From Bacillota bacterium (GTDB taxonomy: Bacteria > Bacillota > Dehalobacteriia > Dehalobacteriales > Dehalobacteriaceae): DNA of 64,000 nt. The translations under genes and the position numbers were made by a program. The notes beneath the pieces are model-generated. The model worked only from the letters and a program-made list of their open reading frames with translations. It was not told the origin of the DNA and searched no databases. This document shows positions 35,965 to 45,363 of this stretch, one piece after another. The DNA lies in contig JBMNTN010000002.1 of NCBI GenBank assembly GCA_050945755.1, forward strand, positions 1,662-65,661, in the 5' to 3' direction. Position 1 is the stretch's first letter; the number at the start of each line of letters is the position of its first letter.

Positions 35965-36444
35965 ATGAAGATAATCTACTGTTGTTTTGGAGGAAGTCAT
36001 TCTTCAGTGACAGCAGCTGCTATCCATTTAGGAATGCTTTCTTCCACCCGGATTCCCAGTCGTCAGGAATTGCTGAACATACCTTTTTTTGAACGGCAAA
36101 CAGCCAAAGATCACGGCCTGTTCCGATTTATGGGCTGTGATGAACTAGGTCGAGAAGTTTATATTGTCGGAAAGCATAATTTGGGAAAAAATTTTGAAAA
36201 AATAATCCGCCAGGTAGCCAGTCTATTTGCTCTTAACCAGCAGGAATTGGTAATTATTGACTCGATGCCGTATGTGAATTTTATAATGATGGTGGGCGGA
36301 TACATTTCCCGTAGGTTGGGAATTATTTTTATAGGAAGACCCATTGTCTCTTTTGGCACTCAAAAAGCCTTTTTAACAATGGCCGGTATGGTCAACCGGG
36401 TAAAGATTAAATTGGCTGCTCGCAGTCAGGAAGAAAGCCTTTAA
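35965..36444 (+). CDS. DUF3189-family protein (paralog 1)
   Basis: 159 aa, N-terminus MKIIYCCFGGSHSSVTAAAIHLG. Begins 3 nt after spoIIP. Confidence 0.5.
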   Translation: MKIIYCCFGGSHSSVTAAAIHLGMLSSTRIPSRQELLNIPFFERQTAKDHGLFRFMGCDELGREVYIVGKHNLGKNFEKIIRQVASLFALNQQELVIIDSMPYVNFIMMVGGYISRRLGIIFIGRPIVSFGTQKAFLTMAGMVNRVKIKLAARSQEESL

Positions 36445-36458
36445 AAATGGAGAGACAA

Positions 36459-36902
36459 ATGAAAATTATTTTTTATAGTTATACAGGGGTACATTCTGCC
36501 GTTATAGCTGCTGCTATCCATCTTGGCACATTACCACGTTACAAAAGTATGGAGCGGTCTCAAATAGCAGGGTTGCCCCTTTTTGCTGCATCTCAGGTAC
36601 TTTACCAATTGAATTATATTGGTCAAGATTATCGGGGTAATGATCTCTTCACTTTAGGTGTTGGCCGCGAACTAAAACTTATACCCAAGTCTATTATCAG
36701 CTTTCTTAGACTTTATAAAATCGAGGGAGAGATTAAACTGATAAATACCATGCTTCCCTTAAAAAGAAAAGCCCGGATTGGTGAGAGATTGGCTTCCCTA
36801 GGAATGCACGATTTGGGGACCAGGCTTTTTCTACATGGCATTTTAGGGGATTATGAAAGAATGTGTCAATATCTGGACGATAAACAATTGGTTGATAGAT
36901 AA
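36459..36902 (+). CDS. DUF3189-family protein (paralog 2)
   Basis: N-terminus MKIIFYSYTGVHSAVIAAAIHLG parallels the preceding ORF. An alternative ATG lies at 36447. Confidence 0.5.
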   Translation: MKIIFYSYTGVHSAVIAAAIHLGTLPRYKSMERSQIAGLPLFAASQVLYQLNYIGQDYRGNDLFTLGVGRELKLIPKSIISFLRLYKIEGEIKLINTMLPLKRKARIGERLASLGMHDLGTRLFLHGILGDYERMCQYLDDKQLVDR

Positions 36903-37027
36903 TGCGGATATTTAAGAGGGCAGTATTAATTTTACTATTCTGTCTACTAAATAAATCCCTGGCTTGACTTGGCTTTCCTGATAGAGGATAATAGGGGAGA
37001 AATTAGCGAAAGCGGTGAGCCAATGCA

Positions 37028-38368
37028 ATGAAAGCAAAAATCTCCAGTGTGGTTCCCGGCAGTATTGCGGAAGATTTAGGCTTAGGTGAAGGAGACTGCC
37101 TTTTATCTATTAATGGCATTTCTCCCGTTGACTTAATAGATTACGGTTTTTCCATTGCGGATGAGTACATAGAATTGGAAGTGGAAAAACGGAATCAAGA
37201 ACGGATTGTTTTTGAGATTGAAAAAGATGTTGATGATGATTTGGGCATTGTTTTTACCAAAGGAACTTTTGATGGCATAAAAAGGTGCAAAAACAAATGC
37301 ATTTTTTGTTTTGTCGATCAAATGCCTTCAAAATTGAGAGACAGTCTCTATGTAAAAGATGATGATTACCGGCTGTCCTTTCTCTATGGAAATTTTATCA
37401 CGCTAACAAATATTTCTGAAAAGGATTTAGACCGAATAAAGAAGTTACATATCAGTCCATTATATATATCAGTTCATACTATCAACGAAGCTATGAGATG
37501 TCGGATGCTGGGTAACCCCAAGGCTGGTGAAGTACTAAAAATAATAAAGGAACTGGCCGATGCAGGAATAGACATGCATACCCAGATTGTGCTTTGCCCG
37601 GGGATAAACGACGGAAAGGAACTTGATAAAACTTTATTTGGCTTGGCGGAACTTTGGCCAAAGATAAAATCAGTGGCTGTAGTTCCGGTGGGTATTACCA
37701 AGTTTCAAAAAAATAAAAATTTGCGTGTCTTTCGCTTCCAGGAGGCGCGAGCAATAATTGAGGATGTTTCTCAACACCAGGCTTTTTTTCAAAACAAAAT
37801 AGGGACAAATTTTGTTTACCTGGCAGATGAATTTTATTTGATGGCAGGTTGGGAGATCCCGCCATATGAACATTATGAGGGGTTTCCCCAAATTGAAAAC
37901 GGTGTTGGGTTAACTCGCCTGCTATGGCATAATTTTGACTACGCGGCCAAAAAATTGCCCCAAATGATAGAATGTCCGTGTAGGGCAAATTTGGTCACAG
38001 GTCGATTGGCAGAACCTGTATTAAAGCCGATAGTAGAACGGATTAACCAAATTAAAAATATGACTGTTAACTTGATTCCTCTTGATAATCAATTTTTCGG
38101 TTCCACGGTGACCGTTGCCGGCTTGTTAACAGGGAGCGATATTGTAACCGGTCTAACCCGATGGCGTCAGAAACAAACGGATGTACGGCCATTAGTTCTT
38201 TTGCCTAAAGTTATGTTAGAATTTGAAAGAAGAGTATTTTTGGACGGTTTAACTTTAGAAGATGTGGAGAAAATGTTGGGTATAAAAATTATCATAGTTG
38301 AACCTACCGGAGAAGGAATTGTCAAGACAATTTTACAAATGTCATGTGGAAAACGAGTAGGGGTTTAG
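37028..38368 (+). CDS. PDZ domain / radical-SAM-like protein (DUF512 family)
   Basis: N-terminal PDZ (VVPGSIAEDLGLGEGDCLLSING). CX3CX2C (CKNKCIFC) at 37286-37309. Conserved position upstream of der. Confidence 0.7.
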   Translation: MKAKISSVVPGSIAEDLGLGEGDCLLSINGISPVDLIDYGFSIADEYIELEVEKRNQERIVFEIEKDVDDDLGIVFTKGTFDGIKRCKNKCIFCFVDQMPSKLRDSLYVKDDDYRLSFLYGNFITLTNISEKDLDRIKKLHISPLYISVHTINEAMRCRMLGNPKAGEVLKIIKELADAGIDMHTQIVLCPGINDGKELDKTLFGLAELWPKIKSVAVVPVGITKFQKNKNLRVFRFQEARAIIEDVSQHQAFFQNKIGTNFVYLADEFYLMAGWEIPPYEHYEGFPQIENGVGLTRLLWHNFDYAAKKLPQMIECPCRANLVTGRLAEPVLKPIVERINQIKNMTVNLIPLDNQFFGSTVTVAGLLTGSDIVTGLTRWRQKQTDVRPLVLLPKVMLEFERRVFLDGLTLEDVEKMLGIKIIIVEPTGEGIVKTILQMSCGKRVGV

Positions 38369-38384
38369 AAAGGCTGGTGGATGA

Positions 38385-39707
38385 ATGAAGCCGATTGTGG
38401 CTATAGTAGGCCGGCCCAACGTCGGAAAGTCAACTTTGTTTAATCGCTTTACCGGGGAGCGGGTTGCAATTGTTGAGGATATACCGGGGGTAACGAGAGA
38501 CCGTCTTTACCGGGAGGCTGAATGGCTCGGCCGGGAATTTACCGTCATAGATACCGGCGGAATTGAATTTTATGGTAAGGGCGGGGTCATTGAAAACAAA
38601 GTAAAACAGCAGGTGGAGTTGGCGATTGAAGAATCGGATGTAATTCTTTTTGTCGTTGATGGGAAAGCGGGCATTACTCCTGATGATGAAGGGGTTGCTC
38701 AACTTTTGCGAAAAAGTAGTAAACCGGTGGTGTTGGCTGTTAATAAAATTGAAAGTTTTCAAGATGTGTCTCCATCATATGAATTCTATCGCTTGGGACT
38801 AGGGAATCCCATTGCTGTTTCGGCGGCCCATGGAATGAATACCGGTGATCTTTTAGACGAAATAGTATCTCACTTTCCGCCGGAAGGGGAAGAGGAGTAT
38901 TCCCCGGAAACGATTAAAATTGCTGTTATCGGCAGGCCTAATGTGGGCAAGTCATCTTTGGTAAATAATATTTTGGGGCATGAGCGGGTGATTGTTTCTG
39001 ATGTGCCGGGGACAACCAGAGATGCAATTGATACTTTGTTTACCCGGGAAGGAAAACATTATGTCATTATTGATACTGCCGGAATCCGCCGCAAATCCCG
39101 GGTATTTGAACCGACAGAACGCTTCATGATTATTCGTTCCTTAAGAGCTGTTGACAGAAGTGATGTAGTTTTAATGCTGGTGGATGCCACCGACGGTGTT
39201 ACCGAGCAGGATAAAAAAATTGCCGGATATGCCCACGAAGCAGGAAAAGGGATTATCCTTGTTGTTAATAAGTGGGATTTGGTTCTTAAAGATGATAAAA
39301 CTATGAATCGGTTTGATAAGGAAATCAGAGAAGAACTTAAATTTCTCGATTATGCCCCGATTCTTTATGTCTCTGCTTTAACCGGTCAACGAGTGGGAAA
39401 GATTTTGGAGATTGTAGATTTCGTGGGGGAACAACACGCTTTAAGAATTCCTACATCCAGGATTAATGAGGTAATTAATGAAGCGGTGATGATCACTCCT
39501 CCACCTTCAGATAAAGGCAAACGATTAAAAATTCTTTATGGTACCCAAGCGGGAGTCAAACCTCCTAAATTTGTTCTTTTCGTTAATGAACCGGAACTAT
39601 TTCACTTTTCTTATCGTCGGTATATAGAAAATCAGTTTAGGCAGAATTTTGGATTTGAAGGTACTACCATTTGGTTTATAATTAGAAAAAGAGATAAAGA
39701 GGAGTAG
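38385..39707 (+). CDS. der: ribosome biogenesis GTPase Der (EngA)
   Basis: Two tandem G domains ([12 protein letters not shown] and [12 protein letters not shown]) plus a KH-like C-terminus. Confidence 0.95.
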   Translation: MKPIVAIVGRPNVGKSTLFNRFTGERVAIVEDIPGVTRDRLYREAEWLGREFTVIDTGGIEFYGKGGVIENKVKQQVELAIEESDVILFVVDGKAGITPDDEGVAQLLRKSSKPVVLAVNKIESFQDVSPSYEFYRLGLGNPIAVSAAHGMNTGDLLDEIVSHFPPEGEEEYSPETIKIAVIGRPNVGKSSLVNNILGHERVIVSDVPGTTRDAIDTLFTREGKHYVIIDTAGIRRKSRVFEPTERFMIIRSLRAVDRSDVVLMLVDATDGVTEQDKKIAGYAHEAGKGIILVVNKWDLVLKDDKTMNRFDKEIREELKFLDYAPILYVSALTGQRVGKILEIVDFVGEQHALRIPTSRINEVINEAVMITPPPSDKGKRLKILYGTQAGVKPPKFVLFVNEPELFHFSYRRYIENQFRQNFGFEGTTIWFIIRKRDKEE

Positions 39708-39724
39708 CGGGGGAAAGAGGCAAA

Positions 39725-40312
39725 ATGAAATACGCACTTGTGCTGTTGTTAGCATACTTTTTGGGTGCTATTCCCTGGGCATTCTTGATTGCCAAACGGA
39801 CAAAAGGAATAGATATCCGACAAGTAGGTAGTGGTAATGTGGGGTTTACCAATGCCTTGCGTACAATCGGCAAAGGACCTGCATTTTTTGTACTGGTGGG
39901 GGACATTGGAAAGGGCATTGCCGCCGTACTGATTGCGAAAAATTTTGGCAGTCCGACTCTGGCTGTCCTTGCCGGCTTGATAGTAGTTGCGGGTCATAAT
40001 TTTTCCATTTTTTTAGGTTTCCGAGGAGGAAAGGGAGCGGCAGCAGGATTTGGCGCTCTATTGGCGTTAGTTCCCGGAGTGGCATTGTTTGCTGTGTTGG
40101 TATGGGGGATCATTGTTGCAATTACTAAGTATGTGTCACTAGCCACGATTATCGGTGCTTTGACTGTGCCTATTGCATCTATTTTGTTAAATTTAGATAC
40201 AGCTTATATTGTTTTTGGTGTAATTGGTTCCGCATTTGTCATTTTTAAACACCACTCAAATATTTCTCGTTTGTTAAATGGGACTGAAAACAAAATTGGA
40301 CAGAAAAAATGA
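39725..40312 (+). CDS. plsY: glycerol-3-phosphate acyltransferase PlsY
   Basis: YLLGAIPWAFLIAK...GSGNVGFTNALR motif. Confidence 0.92.
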   Translation: MKYALVLLLAYFLGAIPWAFLIAKRTKGIDIRQVGSGNVGFTNALRTIGKGPAFFVLVGDIGKGIAAVLIAKNFGSPTLAVLAGLIVVAGHNFSIFLGFRGGKGAAAGFGALLALVPGVALFAVLVWGIIVAITKYVSLATIIGALTVPIASILLNLDTAYIVFGVIGSAFVIFKHHSNISRLLNGTENKIGQKK

Positions 40313-40331
40313 GATAGAGGAGGAACTAGGG

Positions 40332-41360
40332 ATGACAAAACGTATTGCCGTGTTGGGAGCGGGTAGCTGGGGAACTGCATTGGCCGTACTTTTAGGTCAA
40401 AAGGGTTACCAGGTTAACCTTTGGGCGCGCAATCCGGAACTAGCTAGCGCTTGTCAAAACGAGCGGATAAACAGGCGCTATCTTCCAGGTGTATATATTC
40501 CACCTTTGGTTCAAGTTGATTTTGATCAAGAAAGAGTGCTAAACGGAAGAGATGTTGTTGTGCTTGCTGTACCGTCCCACAGTATTCGGGAAGTTGCTCG
40601 GGAAATTAAACATTTTCTTCCCTCTGAAACAATAATAGTTAATACAGCTAAGGGTTTGGAGAACAGATCTCTCTTACGCATGTCTCAAGTCTTGCAGGAA
40701 GAGCTTATGGAAGGTTTCTCCCAAAGAATTGCTGTTTTATCCGGGCCAAGTCATGCAGAGGAAGTAGGCAGGGAGCTTCCTACAGCTGTTGTCGTTTCGG
40801 CACCTGATGTTAAGGTGGCAGAAGCGGTGCAGGATACCTTTATGTATAAATATTTTCGAGTTTATACAAATCCGGACTTAATTGGGGTGGAAATAGCCGG
40901 AGCTTTAAAAAATATTATTGCTTTAGGAACAGGAATTGCCGAGGGCCTGGGCTATGGGGACAATACTATGGCTGCCTTAATCACCAGAGGGTTGGCTGAA
41001 ATTGCAAGGTTGGGTATAGCTGTTGGTGCAGATGCTTTTACCTTTGCAGGTTTGGCGGGGATTGGCGACTTGGTGGTTACTTGTACCAGCATGCATAGTA
41101 GAAATCGCCGTGCGGGGATACAGATAGGTCGAGGAGAACCTTTGAATCAGGTGGTGGCAAATATGGGCATGGTTGTGGAAGGAGTAAACACTACTCAGGT
41201 TGCTTATGCTTTAGCGAAGAAGTATTTGGTAGAAATGCCAATTACTACGGAAACATTTAAAGTACTCTTTGAGGGAAAAAATGCCCGTGAGGCTGTAGTT
41301 AGTTTGATGACAAGGGATAGAAGTCATGAAGGGGAAAAAGATATGCTTAATGCAAATTAG
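40332..41360 (+). CDS. gpsA: NAD(P)H-dependent glycerol-3-phosphate dehydrogenase
   Basis: IAVLGAGSWGTALA Rossmann motif. ATG after GGAGGA. Confidence 0.92.
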   Translation: MTKRIAVLGAGSWGTALAVLLGQKGYQVNLWARNPELASACQNERINRRYLPGVYIPPLVQVDFDQERVLNGRDVVVLAVPSHSIREVAREIKHFLPSETIIVNTAKGLENRSLLRMSQVLQEELMEGFSQRIAVLSGPSHAEEVGRELPTAVVVSAPDVKVAEAVQDTFMYKYFRVYTNPDLIGVEIAGALKNIIALGTGIAEGLGYGDNTMAALITRGLAEIARLGIAVGADAFTFAGLAGIGDLVVTCTSMHSRNRRAGIQIGRGEPLNQVVANMGMVVEGVNTTQVAYALAKKYLVEMPITTETFKVLFEGKNAREAVVSLMTRDRSHEGEKDMLNAN

Positions 41361-41424
41361 GTCAAATAATTTAATCGGTTTAAAGTAGAAAATATTCATA
41401 ATTAAACCCCTATAGGCATAAAAA

Positions 41425-41451
41425 GTATGGAAATAATTCCATGCTTTTTTT
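41425..41451 (+). terminator. intrinsic terminator after gpsA
   Basis: gtatggaa-ataa-ttccatgc followed by a T7 run. Confidence 0.7.
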
Positions 41452-41523
41452 GTGTTATCAGGAAGTATAAGTTTATCTAGGTTGATAGTATATGCACAAC
41501 TAGGGCTTCCGTCTGCGTCAAAG

Positions 41524-41549
41524 ACTTGGCGCAAGCCAAGTTTTTCTTT
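41524..41549 (+). terminator. second terminator-like hairpin upstream of the spoIVA promoter
   Basis: acttggc-gcaa-gccaagt followed by ttttcttt. Confidence 0.45.
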
Positions 41550-41554
41550 ATTGG

Positions 41555-41583
41555 TCATAATTTCCAAAGCTAATCATATACAT
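41555..41583 (+). promoter_or_regulatory. sigmaE-type promoter candidate for spoIVA
   Basis: tcATAAT (41555-41561), a 13-nt spacer, CATATACA (41575-41582), compared with kmATATT-N13/14-CATACAmT. Confidence 0.35.
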
Positions 41584-41709
41584 AAAATTGAAAGCATGTC
41601 AACGGGACAACGGACATTTCGCCCTTTAAGGTGGAGTGAATTCATAGTTCTAAAGAAAGTAATTTATCTAAAAAAAATTTATGTTTTAGAAAAGGGAGGG
41701 AAAAGTTTA

Positions 41710-43188
41710 ATGGAAAGGTTTGATATTCTGCGTGATATTGCAGAACGAACTGGGGGTGACATTTATTTAGGGGTAGTAGGTCCTGTCCGGACAGGGAAGT
41801 CTACCTTCATCAAAAGGTTCATGGAATTGCTTGTCCTTCCCAATATTGAAGAATTCCATGAACGGGAAAGAGCGCAAGATGAACTGCCCCAAAGTGGTGC
41901 CGGTCGTACCATTATGACTACGGAGCCTAAATTTATTCCATCTGAGGCAGTGGAAATTGCTGTCCGGGACGGTATTGAGATGAGGGTTAGGTTAGTAGAT
42001 TGTGTTGGTTATGCTGTTCCCGGTGCTCTTGGCTTTGAGGAAGAGGAAGGACCAAGAATGGTACGCACTCCTTGGTTTGATGAGGAGATTCCTTTTCAGG
42101 AAGCTGCAGAAATTGGTACCAGAAAAGTGATTGCTGACCACTCAACCATTGGCATTGTCATTGTGACAGATGGCAGTGTTACAGATATTAGTAGAGAAAG
42201 TTACATTGAAGCAGAAGAACGGGTAATTTTTGAACTAAAAGAATTAAACAAACCGTTTTTGGTTCTTTTAAACTCTATACATCCCTATGCACCTGAGACA
42301 TTATCCCTGGTTGAGAATTTATCGGATAAGTACAACGTGACAGTGATACCTATTAATGCCAGTGCAATGGACAATGATGATATAATGAAGATTCTTCAGC
42401 AGTCGCTTTATGAGTTTCCTGTCACTGAAGTTAACATTAATCTTCCCCGGTGGATAGAAGAATTGGATAGCAAACATTGGCTGCGTTCTCAATTTGAAGA
42501 CAGTGTGAAAACTGCCATAACGGGCGTCCGTCGTTTGCGTGATATTGACAAGGCTCTTGAAGAGATGGGAAGACCGGAAATTATAGAAAGCGTTTTTCTC
42601 AGGCATATGAATCTGGGTACCGGTGTGGCATCAATTGAATTGACCGCTCAAGAAGGTTTATTTTATCGAGTTCTGGAAGAGATTGCCGGAACAGCAATTG
42701 AAGGTGAGCATACGATCCTTCGCTTAATTACCGATTACTCCTATGCCAATCGAGAATGGAGTAAAGTGGCAAGTGCCATGGAAGAAGTCAAAACTAATGG
42801 CTACGGAGTAGTAACGCCGCGCTTGGATGAGATGTTTATGGAAGAACCTGAGCTGATTAAACAGGGAGGACGTTTTGGAGTAAAGTTAAAGGCCAGCGCT
42901 CCTAGTTTTCATCTGATTCGAGCAAATATCTCTACAGAAATTACTCCTTTAATTGGTACAGAAAAACAATGTGAGGAATTGGTTCGGTATATTCTCGATG
43001 AATTTGAAGATGACCCGCAAAAAATCTGGAATACCAATATTTTTGGCAAGTCCCTCCACGAGCTTGTTCAAGAGGGGATTCAAGGGAAGCTTTACCGGAT
43101 GCCGGAAAATGCTCAAGTTAAACTTCAGGAAACACTTCAACGTATTGTGAATGATGGAGGCGGAGGTCTCATCTGCATTATACTTTAG
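41710..43188 (+). CDS. spoIVA: stage IV sporulation protein A (spore coat morphogenetic ATPase)
   Basis: MERFDILRDIAERTGGDIYLGVVGPVRTGKSTF (Walker A). 492 aa from an ATG after AGGGAGGG. Confidence 0.95.
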   Translation: MERFDILRDIAERTGGDIYLGVVGPVRTGKSTFIKRFMELLVLPNIEEFHERERAQDELPQSGAGRTIMTTEPKFIPSEAVEIAVRDGIEMRVRLVDCVGYAVPGALGFEEEEGPRMVRTPWFDEEIPFQEAAEIGTRKVIADHSTIGIVIVTDGSVTDISRESYIEAEERVIFELKELNKPFLVLLNSIHPYAPETLSLVENLSDKYNVTVIPINASAMDNDDIMKILQQSLYEFPVTEVNINLPRWIEELDSKHWLRSQFEDSVKTAITGVRRLRDIDKALEEMGRPEIIESVFLRHMNLGTGVASIELTAQEGLFYRVLEEIAGTAIEGEHTILRLITDYSYANREWSKVASAMEEVKTNGYGVVTPRLDEMFMEEPELIKQGGRFGVKLKASAPSFHLIRANISTEITPLIGTEKQCEELVRYILDEFEDDPQKIWNTNIFGKSLHELVQEGIQGKLYRMPENAQVKLQETLQRIVNDGGGGLICIIL

Positions 43189-43334
43189 TAGACGTCTGGA
43201 TATAATAAATTAAAATGTTCCGGTTCAAAAAGGCGGCATCAGCCGCCTTACGACTTAGAAAAGAGGTTATTAAGTTTTACTATCAACATTCTATTTCCAG
43301 TCTGAATACTGCCTAACCCCTAGGAAATGATACC

Positions 43335-43374
43335 GTTACAAAAAAAGGTGGCATGTGCCCCCTTTTTTTGTAAC
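43335..43374. terminator. 40-nt near-perfect palindrome, likely a bidirectional terminator
   Basis: gttacaaaaaaagg.ggc pairs with gcc.cctttttttgtaac (about 18 bp, one mismatch), with A7 and T7 runs inside the arms. Confidence 0.55.
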
Positions 43375-43409
43375 TTTTATTAAAGTAAAGCTCTGTCACA
43401 AAAAATATC

Positions 43410-43438
43410 TTGCATGAAAAACAATTATTTTGTATACT
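43410..43438 (+). promoter_or_regulatory. sigmaA promoter for the ACT-hom-thrB-ask unit
   Basis: TTGCAT (43410-43415), a 17-nt spacer, TATACT (43433-43438). Confidence 0.5.
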
Positions 43439-43495
43439 GTTCGCAGTAAACGGATAAAAGTGCGCTATATGCAAACACAAGAAAGGGGGTAGGCT

Positions 43496-43942
43496 ATGGA
43501 AAAACATATTCAGTATTTTATTGTTTCGGAGGAAGTACTCCCTGAGGCAATGGTTAAAACAGCAAGAGTAAAAGAAGCATTAGCAAAAGGAAAAGCAGCA
43601 ACAATAAACCAGGCTGTAAAAAAGGTAGGAATCAGTCGCAGCGCCTTCTATAAATACCGAGACGGTATTTTTCCTTTTTATCAAGAAAGAAAAGAAAAAA
43701 TTATTACAATTAATTTGACACTGGAACACCGCTACGGTGCTCTGTCCGACGTCATAAATACTATTGCTTCGGTCCAGGCCAACATTTTAACTATTAATCA
43801 AAGTCTTCCCTTGCAAGGTATGGCTAATCTTACCCTTTCTTTGGATACAGCCGGCATGCAGGTTGACATACCCGGACTAATTGCAATGCTGCAGAATCTA
43901 AACAGTGTTATAAAAGCGGAACTTGTCGGGCAGAGTGTCTAA
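43496..43942 (+). CDS. UPF0735 ACT-domain protein (PheB-like)
   Basis: N-terminal HTH-like segment (INQAVKKVGISRSAFYKYRD) plus a C-terminal ACT domain. Confidence 0.75.
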   Translation: MEKHIQYFIVSEEVLPEAMVKTARVKEALAKGKAATINQAVKKVGISRSAFYKYRDGIFPFYQERKEKIITINLTLEHRYGALSDVINTIASVQANILTINQSLPLQGMANLTLSLDTAGMQVDIPGLIAMLQNLNSVIKAELVGQSV

Positions 43943-44020
43943 AAAAATAGAAGCAATTATCCTGGGAGAAAACTGTTAATAGGATTCATGTTGCTTAAAA
44001 ACCTAAGGAGGGAACAAAAT

Positions 44021-45331
44021 TTGCAGAGACTAAATATAAATGTGGCCGTAATGGGAATGGGCACTGTTGGCTCAGGGGTAGTAAAGGTTTTATTAAATAA
44101 TCAGGAAAGTATCGCCCAAAAAGTTGGCGCTACAATTAAAGTCAAAAAGATTTTGGACAAAAACATGGAAAGTGTTCTTCCTAAAATTCAAGATTTAAAT
44201 TTAAATGAGGACATATTGACCAATGATTTAAAGGATATCCTTGATGATCAGGAAATTGATATTGTGGTGGAAACCATTGGTGGGATTGAACCAGCCCAAA
44301 GTATCATTATGCAGGTTTTAGCAGTGGGAAAAAGCGTTGTCACCGCTAATAAGGATTTGATTGCTTCCCACGGCAAAGAGCTTTTTGATGTAGCCAAAAA
44401 ACAGCATGTAGACTTGTTTTTTGAAGCCAGTGTGGCCGGAGGGATTCCCATTATCCAATCCTTAAAAGAGAGCCTGGCGGGGAATCATATCAAACAAATT
44501 GTAGGAATTGTCAATGGAACCACTAATTATATTCTCTCAAAAATGACAGCAGAAGGAAAAGATTTTGAAGATGTGTTGAAAGAGGCGCAAGAATTGGGCT
44601 ATGCAGAAGCTGATCCTACTTCAGATGTGGGAGGCTTTGATGCGGCGAGAAAAATGGCGATTCTGGCCTCAATAGCATTTAATACGCGCATCACTGATGC
44701 CCAGGTTTATGTTGAAGGGATCACTAATATTTCCCGTTTGGATATTGCATATGCAAAAGAACTAGGTTATGTTATTAAGCTGGTTGGTATGACAAAAGAA
44801 GAAAACAATGAGGTGGAAGTACACGTACACCCGGCTATGATTCCGGTTGAACATCCTTTAAGTGCGGTCAATGATGCTTTTAATGCCGTATTTGTGGAAG
44901 GGGATGCCGTGGGCAAAACCATGTTCTATGGCCGGGGTGCGGGAGAACTACCCACAGCCAGTGCAGTTGTCGGTGATATTATTGCCGCTGCGCGCAATAT
45001 TCAATATAATTCATGCGGTCGTCTTGGCTGCACCTGTTTTGAAAATAAGCGGATAAAGCCCATCGGTGAAGTAAAAGCTAAGTTTTATTTAAGGTTGATG
45101 GCCAAGGATCGACCCGGAGTACTTGCCAGTATTGCCGCAGTTTTAGGAAACCAAAATGTTAGCATAGCTACAGTAGTACAAAAACGTACGGACAAGCAAG
45201 GTCGGGCAGAACTGGTATTTATTACCCACCTGGTAGAAGAACAAAATCTTAGAGATGCTATTTCTATTATAAAAGGTCTTTCCACCGTTGAGAGTATTGA
45301 AAATATAATTCGGGTAGAAGATAATATTTAG
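44021..45331 (+). CDS. hom: homoserine dehydrogenase
   Basis: VAVMGMGTVGSG NAD motif and a C-terminal ACT domain. TTG at 44021 follows AAGGAGGG. The ORF-track ATG at 43988 is less likely. Confidence 0.9.
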   Translation: MQRLNINVAVMGMGTVGSGVVKVLLNNQESIAQKVGATIKVKKILDKNMESVLPKIQDLNLNEDILTNDLKDILDDQEIDIVVETIGGIEPAQSIIMQVLAVGKSVVTANKDLIASHGKELFDVAKKQHVDLFFEASVAGGIPIIQSLKESLAGNHIKQIVGIVNGTTNYILSKMTAEGKDFEDVLKEAQELGYAEADPTSDVGGFDAARKMAILASIAFNTRITDAQVYVEGITNISRLDIAYAKELGYVIKLVGMTKEENNEVEVHVHPAMIPVEHPLSAVNDAFNAVFVEGDAVGKTMFYGRGAGELPTASAVVGDIIAAARNIQYNSCGRLGCTCFENKRIKPIGEVKAKFYLRLMAKDRPGVLASIAAVLGNQNVSIATVVQKRTDKQGRAELVFITHLVEEQNLRDAISIIKGLSTVESIENIIRVEDNI

Positions 45332-45363
45332 TTTTCTATCAGTAAGAGAAAGCGAGAGAAAAA

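Noticed and set aside
41452-41709. N-terminal extension of the spoIVA ORF (the track gives 578 aa).
   Set aside because: The canonical SpoIVA N-terminus MERFDIL..GPVRTGKST begins at 41710 with a strong RBS. The extension covers terminator hairpins and promoter-like sequence.
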